A stretch of DNA of 12,917 nt from Tolypothrix carrinoi HA7290-LM1 (GTDB lineage: Bacteria; Cyanobacteriota; Cyanobacteriia; Cyanobacteriales; Nostocaceae). The DNA is taken from the NCBI GenBank assembly GCA_019358935.1, contig JAHHIK010000163.1:1-12917 (forward strand), given 5' to 3'. The notes under the pieces are model-generated. The model saw only the letters and a program-made list of their open reading frames with translations, did not search any database and was not told where the DNA came from. The position numbers and the translations under genes are program-made. Position 1 is the stretch's first letter. Each line of letters begins with the position of its first letter. Below are positions 1 to 7,849 of the stretch, in pieces.

Positions 1-127
1 ACTTTGGTACGACTACTTGGTTAAGTATTGCCAGTCTGCTAGTCGGCGATTAGTAGGTGGGACACAAAAATTTAAGGCTGTTTGGGAGAACCAAGAATCC
101 CCGTGCATTCATGCCGGGGAGTGTCAA
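1..127 (+). mobile_element. Right end of an IS200/IS605-family (tnpB-carrying) element, truncated by the window start
   Basis: 88-127 reads GAACCAAGAATCCCCGTGCATTCATGCCGGGGAGTGTCAA. It contains a subterminal imperfect hairpin TCCCCG-t-GCAT-tc-ATGC-CGGGGA (98-120, bulged T) followed by terminal TCAA (124-127), the typical right-end architecture of cyanobacterial IS605-group elements. Confidence 0.75.
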
Positions 128-160
128 ACAATAATTAAACGAGTCAAACAAAGCTCGTGA
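2..160 (+). CDS. tnpB: Partial CDS: probable C-terminal tail of a TnpB/IS605 OrfB-family protein
   Basis: Hand translation of the frame open from the window edge: LWYDYLVKYCQSASRRLVGGTQKFKAVWENQESPCIHAGECQTIIKRVKQSS* (TGA 158-160). NQESP...GECQ is encoded by the IS right end, as in many cyanobacterial tnpB tails. RuvC and zinc-finger motifs would lie outside the window and cannot be checked. Confidence 0.55.
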   Translation, partial: LWYDYLVKYCQSASRRLVGGTQKFKAVWENQESPCIHAGECQTIIKRVKQSS

Positions 161-315
161 CTTGTAGAGGCGATCGCGTTAGAATCTTGTCACGCTTTTC
201 TGTTTAAAATGAAGGGAAAGCCCAGCTGGAGAACATAAAGCATGTCGTAACAACGACATAGCCGGGAAATCCGCCTTAAATTATGTAGCCGATCGCGGCT
301 AAAAAATGTCAAAAT

Positions 316-329
316 AGTATATCTGTTCT
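316..329. promoter_or_regulatory. Cyanobacterial LexA box upstream of recA
   Basis: AGTATATCTGTTCT matches the cyanobacterial LexA consensus RGTACNNNDGTWCB with one mismatch and ends 51 bp before the recA ATG. Confidence 0.8.
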
Positions 330-380
330 ACTCAACTCAAACCGACACTCCTTAAATCCATATATTATTTAGAGGCAGGA

Positions 381-1457
381 ATGGCTACTAACACCACTGA
401 TAATGCAGGCAAGCAAAAAGCCCTCAGCATGGTACTCACCCAAATTGAGCGTAGCTTTGGTAAAGGAGCAATCATGCGCCTGGGTGACGCTACCCGGATG
501 CGGGTGGAAACGATTTCCAGTGGAGCGCTCACCCTGGATTTGGCATTAGGCGGCGGATTACCCAAGGGGCGAGTAATTGAGATTTACGGACCGGAAAGTT
601 CTGGTAAAACCACTGTAGCCCTACACGCAGTCGCCGAAGTCCAAAAAGAAGGCGGCATCGCGGCTTATGTTGATGCTGAACACGCCCTTGACCCCACCTA
701 TGCTGCGGCGTTAGGTGTTGATATTGACAACTTGCTGATTTCTCAACCTGATACCGGAGAATCTGCTTTAGAAATTGTCGATCAACTCGTTCGCTCCGCT
801 GCTGTTGACATTGTAGTCATTGACTCGGTAGCAGCATTGGTTCCCCGCGCTGAAATTGAAGGCGAAATGGGAGATACTCACGTTGGTCTGCAAGCCAGAT
901 TGATGAGCCAAGCTCTACGTAAAATTACTGGTAATATCGGTAAATCAGGTTGCACAGTAATTTTCATCAACCAGTTGCGGCAAAAAATCGGCGTCACCTA
1001 CGGTAGCCCAGAAACTACCACTGGCGGTAATGCCTTAAAGTTTTACGCTTCCGTGCGTTTGGATATTCGCCGAATTCAAACTTTGAAAAAAGGCACAGAG
1101 GAATTTGGCAACCGCGTCAAAGTCAAAGTTGCGAAAAACAAAGTCGCGCCGCCTTTTAGAATCGCAGAATTTGACATTATTTTTGGTAAAGGCGTTTCTA
1201 CCCTAGGTTGTATTGTTGACCTAGCAGAAGAAACTGGTGTCTTGGTTCGCAAGGGAGCATGGTATAGCTACAACGGTGACAACATCTCTCAAGGTCGAGA
1301 CAACGCCATCAAGTACCTAGAAGAAAAGCCGGAATTTGCTGACCAAATTAAGAAGCAGGTTCGTGAAAAGCTAGAAATGGGGGCTGTCGTTTCGGCTAAC
1401 TCTGTGAAGAAGACAGACGAAGACGAAGAGGATGAAATCGAAGAATTAGAAGAATAA
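381..1457 (+). CDS. recA: Recombinase RecA
   Basis: 358 aa. Walker [46 protein letters not shown], acidic C-terminal tail. RBS-like AGAGGCAGGA directly upstream. No intein. Confidence 0.99.
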   Translation: MATNTTDNAGKQKALSMVLTQIERSFGKGAIMRLGDATRMRVETISSGALTLDLALGGGLPKGRVIEIYGPESSGKTTVALHAVAEVQKEGGIAAYVDAEHALDPTYAAALGVDIDNLLISQPDTGESALEIVDQLVRSAAVDIVVIDSVAALVPRAEIEGEMGDTHVGLQARLMSQALRKITGNIGKSGCTVIFINQLRQKIGVTYGSPETTTGGNALKFYASVRLDIRRIQTLKKGTEEFGNRVKVKVAKNKVAPPFRIAEFDIIFGKGVSTLGCIVDLAEETGVLVRKGAWYSYNGDNISQGRDNAIKYLEEKPEFADQIKKQVREKLEMGAVVSANSVKKTDEDEEDEIEELEE

Positions 1458-1483
1458 CACTTACAAGACAATACAGTTCACTT

Positions 1484-1674
1484 AAGCCTTCAGGCTAAAG
1501 CCTAAGGCTATACAAACAAAGCCTGACGATCCAGGCTGAAAAATCTGCTTTTTCTTAGTCCGCGTAGGCGGACTTTGTTTGTATAGCCGCACCTTTCAAG
1601 GTGTCGGGTAAGTGCGAAAACACTTCGTTTGTATAGCCGCACCTTTCAAGGTGTCGGATAGGTGCGAAAATACT
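1484..1674. repeat. REP-like palindromic cluster with an internal 50-bp tandem duplication
   Basis: 16-bp inverted repeat GGCTATACAAACAAAG (1506-1521) / CTTTGTTTGTATAGCC (1573-1588). Hairpins AGCCTG-N6-CAGGCT (1520-1537), AGTCCGC-GTAG-GCGGACT (1557-1574) and CACCTT-TC-AAGGTG (1590-1603, repeated at 1640-1653). 1572-1620 is duplicated at 1622-1670 with 3 mismatches. Confidence 0.8.
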
Positions 1675-1708
1675 AATGGCTAACTATATTAATATAATTA
1701 GCCACTAG
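1673..1708. terminator. Possible bidirectional terminator hairpin between convergent recA and the FHA gene
   Basis: CTA-a-TGGCTAA-c-TATA-ttaa-TATA-a-TTAGCCA-c-TAG imperfect inverted repeat. There is no strong U-tract. Confidence 0.4.
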
Positions 1709-1729
1709 CAATCTTATCTATGTGCTACT

Positions 1730-2503
1730 TTACTTATCAGACGTTTGTCTATTAAAAAAGCGATCTAAAATGTCTGACTGTTGCTCTGCACTTAAGCTGT
1801 GAATTTGATGTTGCAGCTTTTCAATTAAATTCGTATCTTTACTAATTTGTACATCATCTAGCTTTGCCGCTAGATGTTTTTGTATTTCCAGGGGAGAAGT
1901 AAGTATTTGTATCCTGTCAGATGCGTTTGTGGGTACAAGTTGCATTAATAACTCTATTGCTACAGTCGGTAAAACGCGGTGGGAATGATTAATAAAAAAA
2001 TAAAAAGTCATGTTTCCTAAGCTGATGCGATCGCCATCTTTAAGCAATACTGGCTGATAAACAAGTTCAGAATTTACATAGGAACCATTGGTGCTGTTAA
2101 AGTCAATTAAATAAAAGCCTTGTTGCTCAACATATTGAATCGCAGCGTGATGACGAGACAAATATCTATCAGCAATCTGAATTCCACATCCGCGATCGCG
2201 ACCGATTGTCCAGATTTGCTGTGGCTGTCGTAGACTTTGTGTTGACTCGCACAAATTTGTTACCACATAAACAACAGAGGTATCTACTACACCCTGTATG
2301 TAAAGCGGCTTTACCTCCGTCAACGACGGTTGATACAAATTTTCCAACTCCAGAATTTCATCTAGAAGGCTGCTATGGTGTTCATACAACTTGAGGAATA
2401 GCTGGTATAAACCCAATCGCCGTTCTAGTTCCTTTTCTGCACACTCAACCATCATAGGTGAGCTTTTTACTGCAAACAAATTTAACTTGCTGATTTCGCT
2501 CAT
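1730..2503 (-). CDS. FHA-domain (phosphothreonine-binding) protein
   Basis: 257 aa. WTIGR...LSRHHA...DFNSTNGSYVN...LKDGDRISLG carries the conserved G-R, S-x-x-H and N-G FHA residues. The start codon is uncertain (alternative Met residues about 16-17 codons in). Confidence 0.92.
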   Translation of the reverse strand: MSEISKLNLFAVKSSPMMVECAEKELERRLGLYQLFLKLYEHHSSLLDEILELENLYQPSLTEVKPLYIQGVVDTSVVYVVTNLCESTQSLRQPQQIWTIGRDRGCGIQIADRYLSRHHAAIQYVEQQGFYLIDFNSTNGSYVNSELVYQPVLLKDGDRISLGNMTFYFFINHSHRVLPTVAIELLMQLVPTNASDRIQILTSPLEIQKHLAAKLDDVQISKDTNLIEKLQHQIHSLSAEQQSDILDRFFNRQTSDK

Positions 2504-2953
2504 GAGATGAATCTTTGGTCTCAGCCTACAACCAGGGATAATTGCTTTTTAGGCTTGACGCTGCAATTGTTGATAATTGAGCTGCCCAAAGCGCATTAAG
2601 ATTTATCACTTTAGGTTAAAGTTTCTTTGCTGTTAGCAGTAACCGCATTACCACTTAAATATTATGAAAAGTTTTACAAAAAAATTGTTACACTTCGATG
2701 TATTTTGCGAAATGTAACAAATAAATTTTTCTATCGCAAATTTATAAATAAAATATTAAAAAAAAAGCAAGCAGATTATTTTAATAGTAATATATAGGTT
2801 TAAATAAAATATTTGTTTGACAACATATAATTGCCACGGCATCAGACTCAAAACTATTTGTAAGGATTGTTTATGCGACACAATTTGCAGCATAAACTGT
2901 AAATAGCTGTGTTTCATGACTTCAATTAAAATTATTTTCAATTTTAAATTTCC

Positions 2954-3007
2954 GATTTTGGATTGCCTTCATCTCAAATCCAAAATCTCAAATCTCAAAT
3001 CTCAAAT
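2954..3007. repeat. Heptamer STRR-like tract (ATCTCAA/ATCCAAA) with a short inverted copy
   Basis: About five AAATCTC/AAATCCA-type heptamers at 2971-3007. GATTTTGGATT (2954-2964) pairs with AATCCAAAATC (2977-2987). Located immediately 3' of the kinase stop codon. Confidence 0.75.
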
Positions 3008-4626
3008 TATAATAAGCCTCGTTTACCATTGGGACGTACAGTCATCCAATTAGTCTTAGCTAGTGCCAGCTGCTCCTCAGAAATTTTCGCACCAGTTAAA
3101 TTAGCACCACACAGATTAGCTCCCCGGAGATTGGCATTATTAAGATAAGCATAGCTCAGGTCTGCACCTCGCAAATCTGCTGCTTCTAAATCCGCATGAC
3201 TAAAGTAAGCCTTACTCAAATTAGCGTCCCTGAGATTCGCACGGTTAAGAGAGCTTCTGCCAAAGTCACTGTTGTGGAGATTAGCTCCTTGGAGGTTGAT
3301 TTTCTCCAATTGAGAGGAATGGAAATTCGTTCCCGATAAGTCTGCTCCTTGCAAATTCAGTAGATTCAAATTGTGTTGGGCAAAATCTCGTCTTCCTTTA
3401 ACGTAAGCCGTTAATAAACCTTGAGTATCTAATTTCCGACTAACTTTAGTATTTTGATGCGAAGTACTATTGCTGCTAGCCAAAGTAGTTGATTTTGTGG
3501 TCATCACTCCTTTCTGTATTCCTGGAGCTTGTAAAGCTGCTTGTTCTGCGGCTTTGGCTCGTCTTGCGCGAATTGCTGCTGCTACCTGCTGAACCCCTGC
3601 ACTAGAAGAAGCGCTAGAAGGATTGCTGTAATATACACCAGAATCTTCCAAGTGGTTGCGTGTTAGAGAAGTTCGCTCTTTCACGCTCGCAGAAGATTGA
3701 GCAACCATACTTTGTGCCAAACTCTCCAGGTATGGTTCCATCTCTAATGCTCTGAGTACTTCTTCCGCTGACTGATAGCGATTGCGTACTGAGACTTCAA
3801 GCATTTTTCGCAGCACTTGTGTTAAGTGAGCGCTCACTTGTACAAGCTGTTCCCACATCATTTCCCCGGTTGTGGGATTGTAGTCTAAATCTCTAGGAGA
3901 TTTGCCAGTCAGCAGATAAATGCATGTTACCCCCAGCGCGTAAATATCACTGGCGTAAACTGGACGCATAGCCATTTGCTCTGGAGGGGCAAAACCAGGA
4001 GTGCCAATTGCGTATGCTGTTAATGCTGTTTGCTCGGATTGGTTTGTAACTTGACTGACTTGATTTTTGACGGCTCCAAAGTCAATCAGAACTAATCTGG
4101 CATCTTGATCGCGGCGAATCAAGTTGGCTGGCTTGATATCGCGGTGAATCACCTTTCGCTCGTGGATGTATTGTAGCAATGGCAGCATCTCGCTCAAGAA
4201 TTGCTTGATTCCGGCTTCGCTCAAAACTCCGTCGCGTTTCACCTCCTGTTGAAGGGTAGCGCCACTGATGTACTCCTGGACTAAGTAGAATTGTTCATGA
4301 TCTTCAAAATAGTCCAGCAGCCGAGGTACTTGGGGATGATTGCCAATTTTGCCTAGGGTTTTCGCTTCTCGTTCAAACAGTTCCCGCGCCATTTGCAAAA
4401 TGTGTGGTGCGGTTCCTGAAGGACGTAGTTGCTTGATTACACAACTTGGTTCACCTGGTAAGGCTTCATCTTGGGCTAGAAAGGTTGCACCAAAACCACC
4501 TTGACCTAATGGTTTGAGTACCCGATAGCGATCGCGCAACAAAAGCCGCGAGCCACAAGACTGACACCTTTGGCTGTATGCCAAATTTTCTGGATTGGGA
4601 CAGATCGGATTTAAGCAGTAGCTCAT
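3007..4626 (-). CDS. Hanks-type Ser/Thr protein kinase with N-terminal 4-Cys motif and C-terminal pentapeptide repeats (SpkB-like)
   Basis: 539 aa. CLNPIC...CQSC N-terminus; GQGGFG loop, VIK, HRDIKPAN, DFG, GTPGFAPPE, DIYALG; A(D/N)LxxA repeats in the last ~110 aa. Confidence 0.95.
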   Translation of the reverse strand: MSYCLNPICPNPENLAYSQRCQSCGSRLLLRDRYRVLKPLGQGGFGATFLAQDEALPGEPSCVIKQLRPSGTAPHILQMARELFEREAKTLGKIGNHPQVPRLLDYFEDHEQFYLVQEYISGATLQQEVKRDGVLSEAGIKQFLSEMLPLLQYIHERKVIHRDIKPANLIRRDQDARLVLIDFGAVKNQVSQVTNQSEQTALTAYAIGTPGFAPPEQMAMRPVYASDIYALGVTCIYLLTGKSPRDLDYNPTTGEMMWEQLVQVSAHLTQVLRKMLEVSVRNRYQSAEEVLRALEMEPYLESLAQSMVAQSSASVKERTSLTRNHLEDSGVYYSNPSSASSSAGVQQVAAAIRARRAKAAEQAALQAPGIQKGVMTTKSTTLASSNSTSHQNTKVSRKLDTQGLLTAYVKGRRDFAQHNLNLLNLQGADLSGTNFHSSQLEKINLQGANLHNSDFGRSSLNRANLRDANLSKAYFSHADLEAADLRGADLSYAYLNNANLRGANLCGANLTGAKISEEQLALAKTNWMTVRPNGKRGLL

Positions 4627-5046
4627 GCACTGTCAACTCGCTGCACGAATAATTACGGGGAGCATTAAACTCTATTTTCATTATTTAAACAAAAATCTAC
4701 TTTTGCCAGGTCATTTTTGCTGGAATCCTTTGAAGAGTTGCTAAAGTTAGCTACGAGCTTACGTAAAGCAATCATAAACCCCCGAAAATCTACTCCACTC
4801 AACCTCCCAGCTACTTTATCGGCTTGGTTTAAACCCGAATAGTTACGATCGCGCAAAATTTATCTACGTGAATTAATATTTATATCTAGTATTAATTAAT
4901 TTTATTATTTAAGTAATTTTACATATTAAAGAAAACATTTTCTTTTTACATTTTTTCTCATACCAAGAATAGACAAGATAATTTTTCCTAGCGAATGAGC
5001 CTCAAAATCAATTTATCGCTTCAGTAAGATTAAATTTTATTAACTT

Positions 5047-5076
5047 ACACTTGAACAATTGTTCATATGTTATAGT
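5047..5076 (+). promoter_or_regulatory. SmtB/ArsR-family operator and promoter of the metallothionein gene
   Basis: Perfect 14-bp palindrome TGAACAATTGTTCA (5052-5065) flanked by ACA...TGT, resembling the TGAA-N6-TTCA core of SmtB/ZiaR-type 12-2-12 operators. Extended -10 TGtTATAGT at 5068-5076. Confidence 0.8.
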
Positions 5077-5101
5077 AACTTCAGTATTCAGAGGAAAAAT
5101 T

Positions 5102-5263
5102 ATGACAACCGTAACCCAAATGAAATGTGCTTGTCCTTCTTGCCTATGTATTGTTTCTCTAGAAGATAGTATTAAAAAAGACGATAAATCTTATTGCTCT
5201 GAAGCCTGTGCTGAAGGTCACAAAACCATGAAAGGCTGCGGTCACAGTGGTTGCGGCTGTTAA
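5102..5263 (+). CDS. smtA: Bacterial metallothionein (SmtA/BmtA family)
   Basis: 53 aa [19 protein letters not shown]...[10 protein letters not shown]...GCGHSGCGC with the 9 Cys + 2 His SmtA pattern. The ATG at 5102 is preceded by GAGGA. The ORF-track start at 5051 lies inside the operator and is rejected. Confidence 0.95.
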   Translation: MTTVTQMKCACPSCLCIVSLEDSIKKDDKSYCSEACAEGHKTMKGCGHSGCGC

Positions 5264-5290
5264 GAAGGGACTGGGGGCAGGGAGCAGGGG

Positions 5291-5335
5291 GGCAGGGGAG
5301 GCAGGGGAGGCAGGGGAGGCAGGGGAGGCAGGGGA
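5291..5335 (+). repeat. G-rich nonamer tandem repeat (GGCAGGGGA)x5
   Basis: Five exact copies, preceded by degenerate GGGGGCAG/GGAGCAG units from about 5273. Confidence 0.9.
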
Positions 5336-5344
5336 GAGGAATTT

Positions 5345-5435
5345 TGCCCAATGCCCAATGCCCAATGCCCAATGCCCAATGCCCAATGCCCAATGCCCAA
5401 TGCCCAATGCCCAATTCCCCATTCCCCATTCCCTA
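5345..5435 (+). repeat. STRR1-like heptamer tandem repeat (TGCCCAA)x10 + (TTCCCCA)x2
   Basis: Ten exact TGCCCAA copies (5345-5414), then TTCCCCA twice and TTCCCTA, ending 2 bp before the hemL stop codon. Confidence 0.92.
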
Positions 5436-5437
5436 AC

Positions 5438-6736
5438 TTACAAACTAGACATCACATCGCGTGCGGCTGTCAAAGTCCGCTCAATATCTTCTTCGGTGTG
5501 AGCAAACGAGGTAAACCCAGCCTCAAACTGAGACGGTGCTAAGTAAACACCCCGCTCTAACATGCCGCGATGGAAGCGTCCAAACTTGGCTGTATCCGAC
5601 TTTTTCGCATCCTCGTAGTTATGGACTGGTCCTGAGGTAAAGAATAAGCCGAACATGCCGCTAATTTGTCCACCGCAAGCCGCGTGACCTGTTTCAGTAG
5701 CAATTTGCAGCAAGCCAGAAGCTAGCTTATTGGTAATTTGGTCAAGATACTCGTAAGTACCGGGTTTTTGCAGCAATTCCAACGTCTTAATCCCAGCAGT
5801 CATCGCCAAAGGATTACCAGAAAGCGTTCCGGCTTGATACATCGGACCTGCGGGAGCAACCATTGACATGATATCCTGGCGACCTCCGTAAGCTCCAACT
5901 GGCAAACCACCGCCGATGATTTTGCCCAAAGTGGTCAAATCGGGGGTGATACCAAACTTCTCTTGAGCGCCACCGTAAGCGATACGGAAGCCCGTCATTA
6001 CCTCGTCAAATACCAATAACGCCTTATGCTCGTGGGTAAGCTCTCGTAACCCTTCCAAGAAGCCTGCATCGGGAGTAATAAATCCAGCATTGCCGACGAC
6101 TGGCTCAAGAATGACACCAGCAATTTCGTCGCGGTTCTCTTCAAACAAAGCTTTGACGGCTTCTAAGTCATTGTAAGGCGCGTTTAGAGTGTTGGCAGTT
6201 GTCGATTTCGGCACTCCTGGGGAGTCGGGTAAGCCGAGTGTAGCAACACCTGAACCTGCTTTCACCAAGAACATGTCAGCATGACCGTGGTAGCAGCCCT
6301 CAAACTTGATGATTTTGTCGCGTCCAGTAAAAGCCCGTATCAACCGCAGCACTGCCATACAAGCTTCTGTGCCGGAGTTAACAAATCTTACCATTTCGAT
6401 GCTGGGGACGGCAGCGATGACCATCTCTGCCAGTACATTTTCTAGCACTGAGGGCGCACCAAAGCTTGTGCCTTTTTCTAAGGCTTCATGCAGTGCGGCA
6501 ATCACTTCTGGATGAGCGTGACCGCAAATCGCTGGTCCCCAAGTGCCTACATAGTCGATATATTGATTGCCATCGACATCCCAAATGTACGCGCCTTTAA
6601 CGCGATCGAACACAATTGGTTGTCCACCCACGGATTTGAAGGCGCGGACTGGAGAACTCACGCCTCCTGGCATTAAATTTTGAGCAGCCGCGAAGATTTC
6701 TTGTGATTTTGTAGTTTTAATCGTGGTATTTACCAA
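5438..6736 (-). CDS. hemL: Glutamate-1-semialdehyde 2,1-aminomutase
   Basis: 432 aa. [46 protein letters not shown] (PLP lysine), [13 protein letters not shown] start with AGGAG RBS. Confidence 0.98.
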   Translation of the reverse strand: MVNTTIKTTKSQEIFAAAQNLMPGGVSSPVRAFKSVGGQPIVFDRVKGAYIWDVDGNQYIDYVGTWGPAICGHAHPEVIAALHEALEKGTSFGAPSVLENVLAEMVIAAVPSIEMVRFVNSGTEACMAVLRLIRAFTGRDKIIKFEGCYHGHADMFLVKAGSGVATLGLPDSPGVPKSTTANTLNAPYNDLEAVKALFEENRDEIAGVILEPVVGNAGFITPDAGFLEGLRELTHEHKALLVFDEVMTGFRIAYGGAQEKFGITPDLTTLGKIIGGGLPVGAYGGRQDIMSMVAPAGPMYQAGTLSGNPLAMTAGIKTLELLQKPGTYEYLDQITNKLASGLLQIATETGHAACGGQISGMFGLFFTSGPVHNYEDAKKSDTAKFGRFHRGMLERGVYLAPSQFEAGFTSFAHTEEDIERTLTAARDVMSSL

Positions 6737-6841
6737 AGTTTTCTCCTAACACTGGAAACAAAAAGCTCTATCTTAGGATAGGCGTAATAACTGCCTAGAA
6801 CCTCTATCGTAGTAAATTACCTGAACCAAGAAAATAACGAT

Positions 6842-7030
6842 ATGTTATATAAATCGAATCAAGACTTGCCTTCAGATATTCGCACTCGATTATCTGAGCC
6901 ATACCAGGATCTTTACCGGGCAGCTTTTAACTCGGCTCTACACTGGTATGGCGAAGCAACAAAGGCTCATAAGGTGGCTTTAAGTGCTGTAAGAATGCAA
7001 TCGGCGATGAACAGGAATGTTCTTGTTTAA
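6842..7030 (+). CDS. chaB: ChaB-family small protein
   Basis: 62 aa. Y.SN.DLP..IR..L....QDLYRAAFNSA...YGE...AHKVALSAV is the ChaB signature. Confidence 0.85.
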   Translation: MLYKSNQDLPSDIRTRLSEPYQDLYRAAFNSALHWYGEATKAHKVALSAVRMQSAMNRNVLV

Positions 7031-7133
7031 GATGAAATAACAGAGTTTAATTTAAAAAATTGCGCCAGCTGCTTCATCCACAATGGTATCGTAAATCAAT
7101 AAATTATTTTTGCATTTACTTGCAGCAGCTGGT

Positions 7134-7772
7134 ATGTTTTCGATTGATTCCCATTCAGTCCCTGTTGAGAAAATTCGCTACGATGACAGGGGTCTAGTAC
7201 CCGCAATTGTCCAGGATTATCTGGATGGTACTGTTTTGATGATGGCATGGATGAATCAAGAGTCTTTGCAGAAAACTTTAGAAACTGGGGAAACTTGGTT
7301 TTGGAGTCGATCGCGTGAAAATTTGTGGCACAAGGGAGCGACTTCGGGACATCTGCAAAAAATACGAAGTATCCGTTATGACTGTGATAGTGATGCTCTA
7401 TTAATTGGGGTTGAGCAGTTAGGAGATATTGCCTGCCATACAGGAGAACGCAGTTGTTTTCATCAAGTAGATGGGACAATTACTGCACCGCCAGCAGATA
7501 CGTTGTCGCAATTGTTTCAAGTGATATGCGATCGCCGCGATAATCCAAGTGAAGATTCTTATACTTGTAAGTTGTTTGCTGGCGGTGATAATAAGATTTT
7601 GAAGAAGATTGGCGAGGAATCTGCTGAGGTGGTGATGGCGTGTAAGGATGATGAACCAGATGCGATCGCTGGTGAAGTTGCAGATTTGCTATATCATACT
7701 TTGGTCGCTTTGGCTCATCATCATGTTGATTTGAAGGCGGTTTTTCGGAAGTTGCAGGAGAGAAGGAAGTGA
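7134..7772 (+). CDS. hisIE: Bifunctional phosphoribosyl-AMP cyclohydrolase / phosphoribosyl-ATP pyrophosphatase
   Basis: [40 protein letters not shown] (HisI); [23 protein letters not shown] (HisE). The in-frame ATG at 7134 is preferred over the TTG at 7110. Confidence 0.97.
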   Translation: MFSIDSHSVPVEKIRYDDRGLVPAIVQDYLDGTVLMMAWMNQESLQKTLETGETWFWSRSRENLWHKGATSGHLQKIRSIRYDCDSDALLIGVEQLGDIACHTGERSCFHQVDGTITAPPADTLSQLFQVICDRRDNPSEDSYTCKLFAGGDNKILKKIGEESAEVVMACKDDEPDAIAGEVADLLYHTLVALAHHHVDLKAVFRKLQERRK

Positions 7773-7829
7773 AACGAACCGCAAAGGCGCGTTCGCGCAG
7801 CGTCTCCGACAGGAGAAGGACGCGAAGGA
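7773..7829. repeat. Small GC-rich dispersed-repeat-like element between convergent hisIE and porin genes
   Basis: AACCGCAAAGGCGC...AAGGACGCGAAGG frame interrupted by GTTCGCGCAGCGTCTCCGACAGGAGA. Hairpins GCGCG-TT-CGCGC (7787-7798) and TCTCC-GACA-GGAGA (7803-7816). Confidence 0.5.
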
Positions 7830-7849
7830 GGAGGGGAAGAGGGGAGATT

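Noticed and set aside
1572..1670. Two ~50-bp direct repeats as a mini CRISPR array
   Set aside because: The units are contiguous with no unique spacer, and there are no cas genes or leader. This is a tandem duplication of a REP-like unit.
2756..2941. 61-aa hydrophobic ORF in the AT-rich kinase-FHA spacer
   Set aside because: Its composition is explained by AT-richness; no RBS or family motif. Not strictly excluded without Ribo-seq.
4665..4856. 63-aa ORF upstream of the kinase on the same strand
   Set aside because: Non-ATG start and no recognisable motif; more likely promoter or leader DNA.
5051..5101. N-terminal extension of the metallothionein from the TTG at 5051
   Set aside because: It overlaps the operator and -10 element. 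The ATG at 5102 has an RBS and gives a canonical SmtA length.
5159..5542. Five ORFs with [10 protein letters not shown] / PNAQCPM / GEAGEA periodic peptides
   Set aside because: These are translation artefacts of stop-free 7-mer and 9-mer DNA repeats and overlap smtA and/or hemL.
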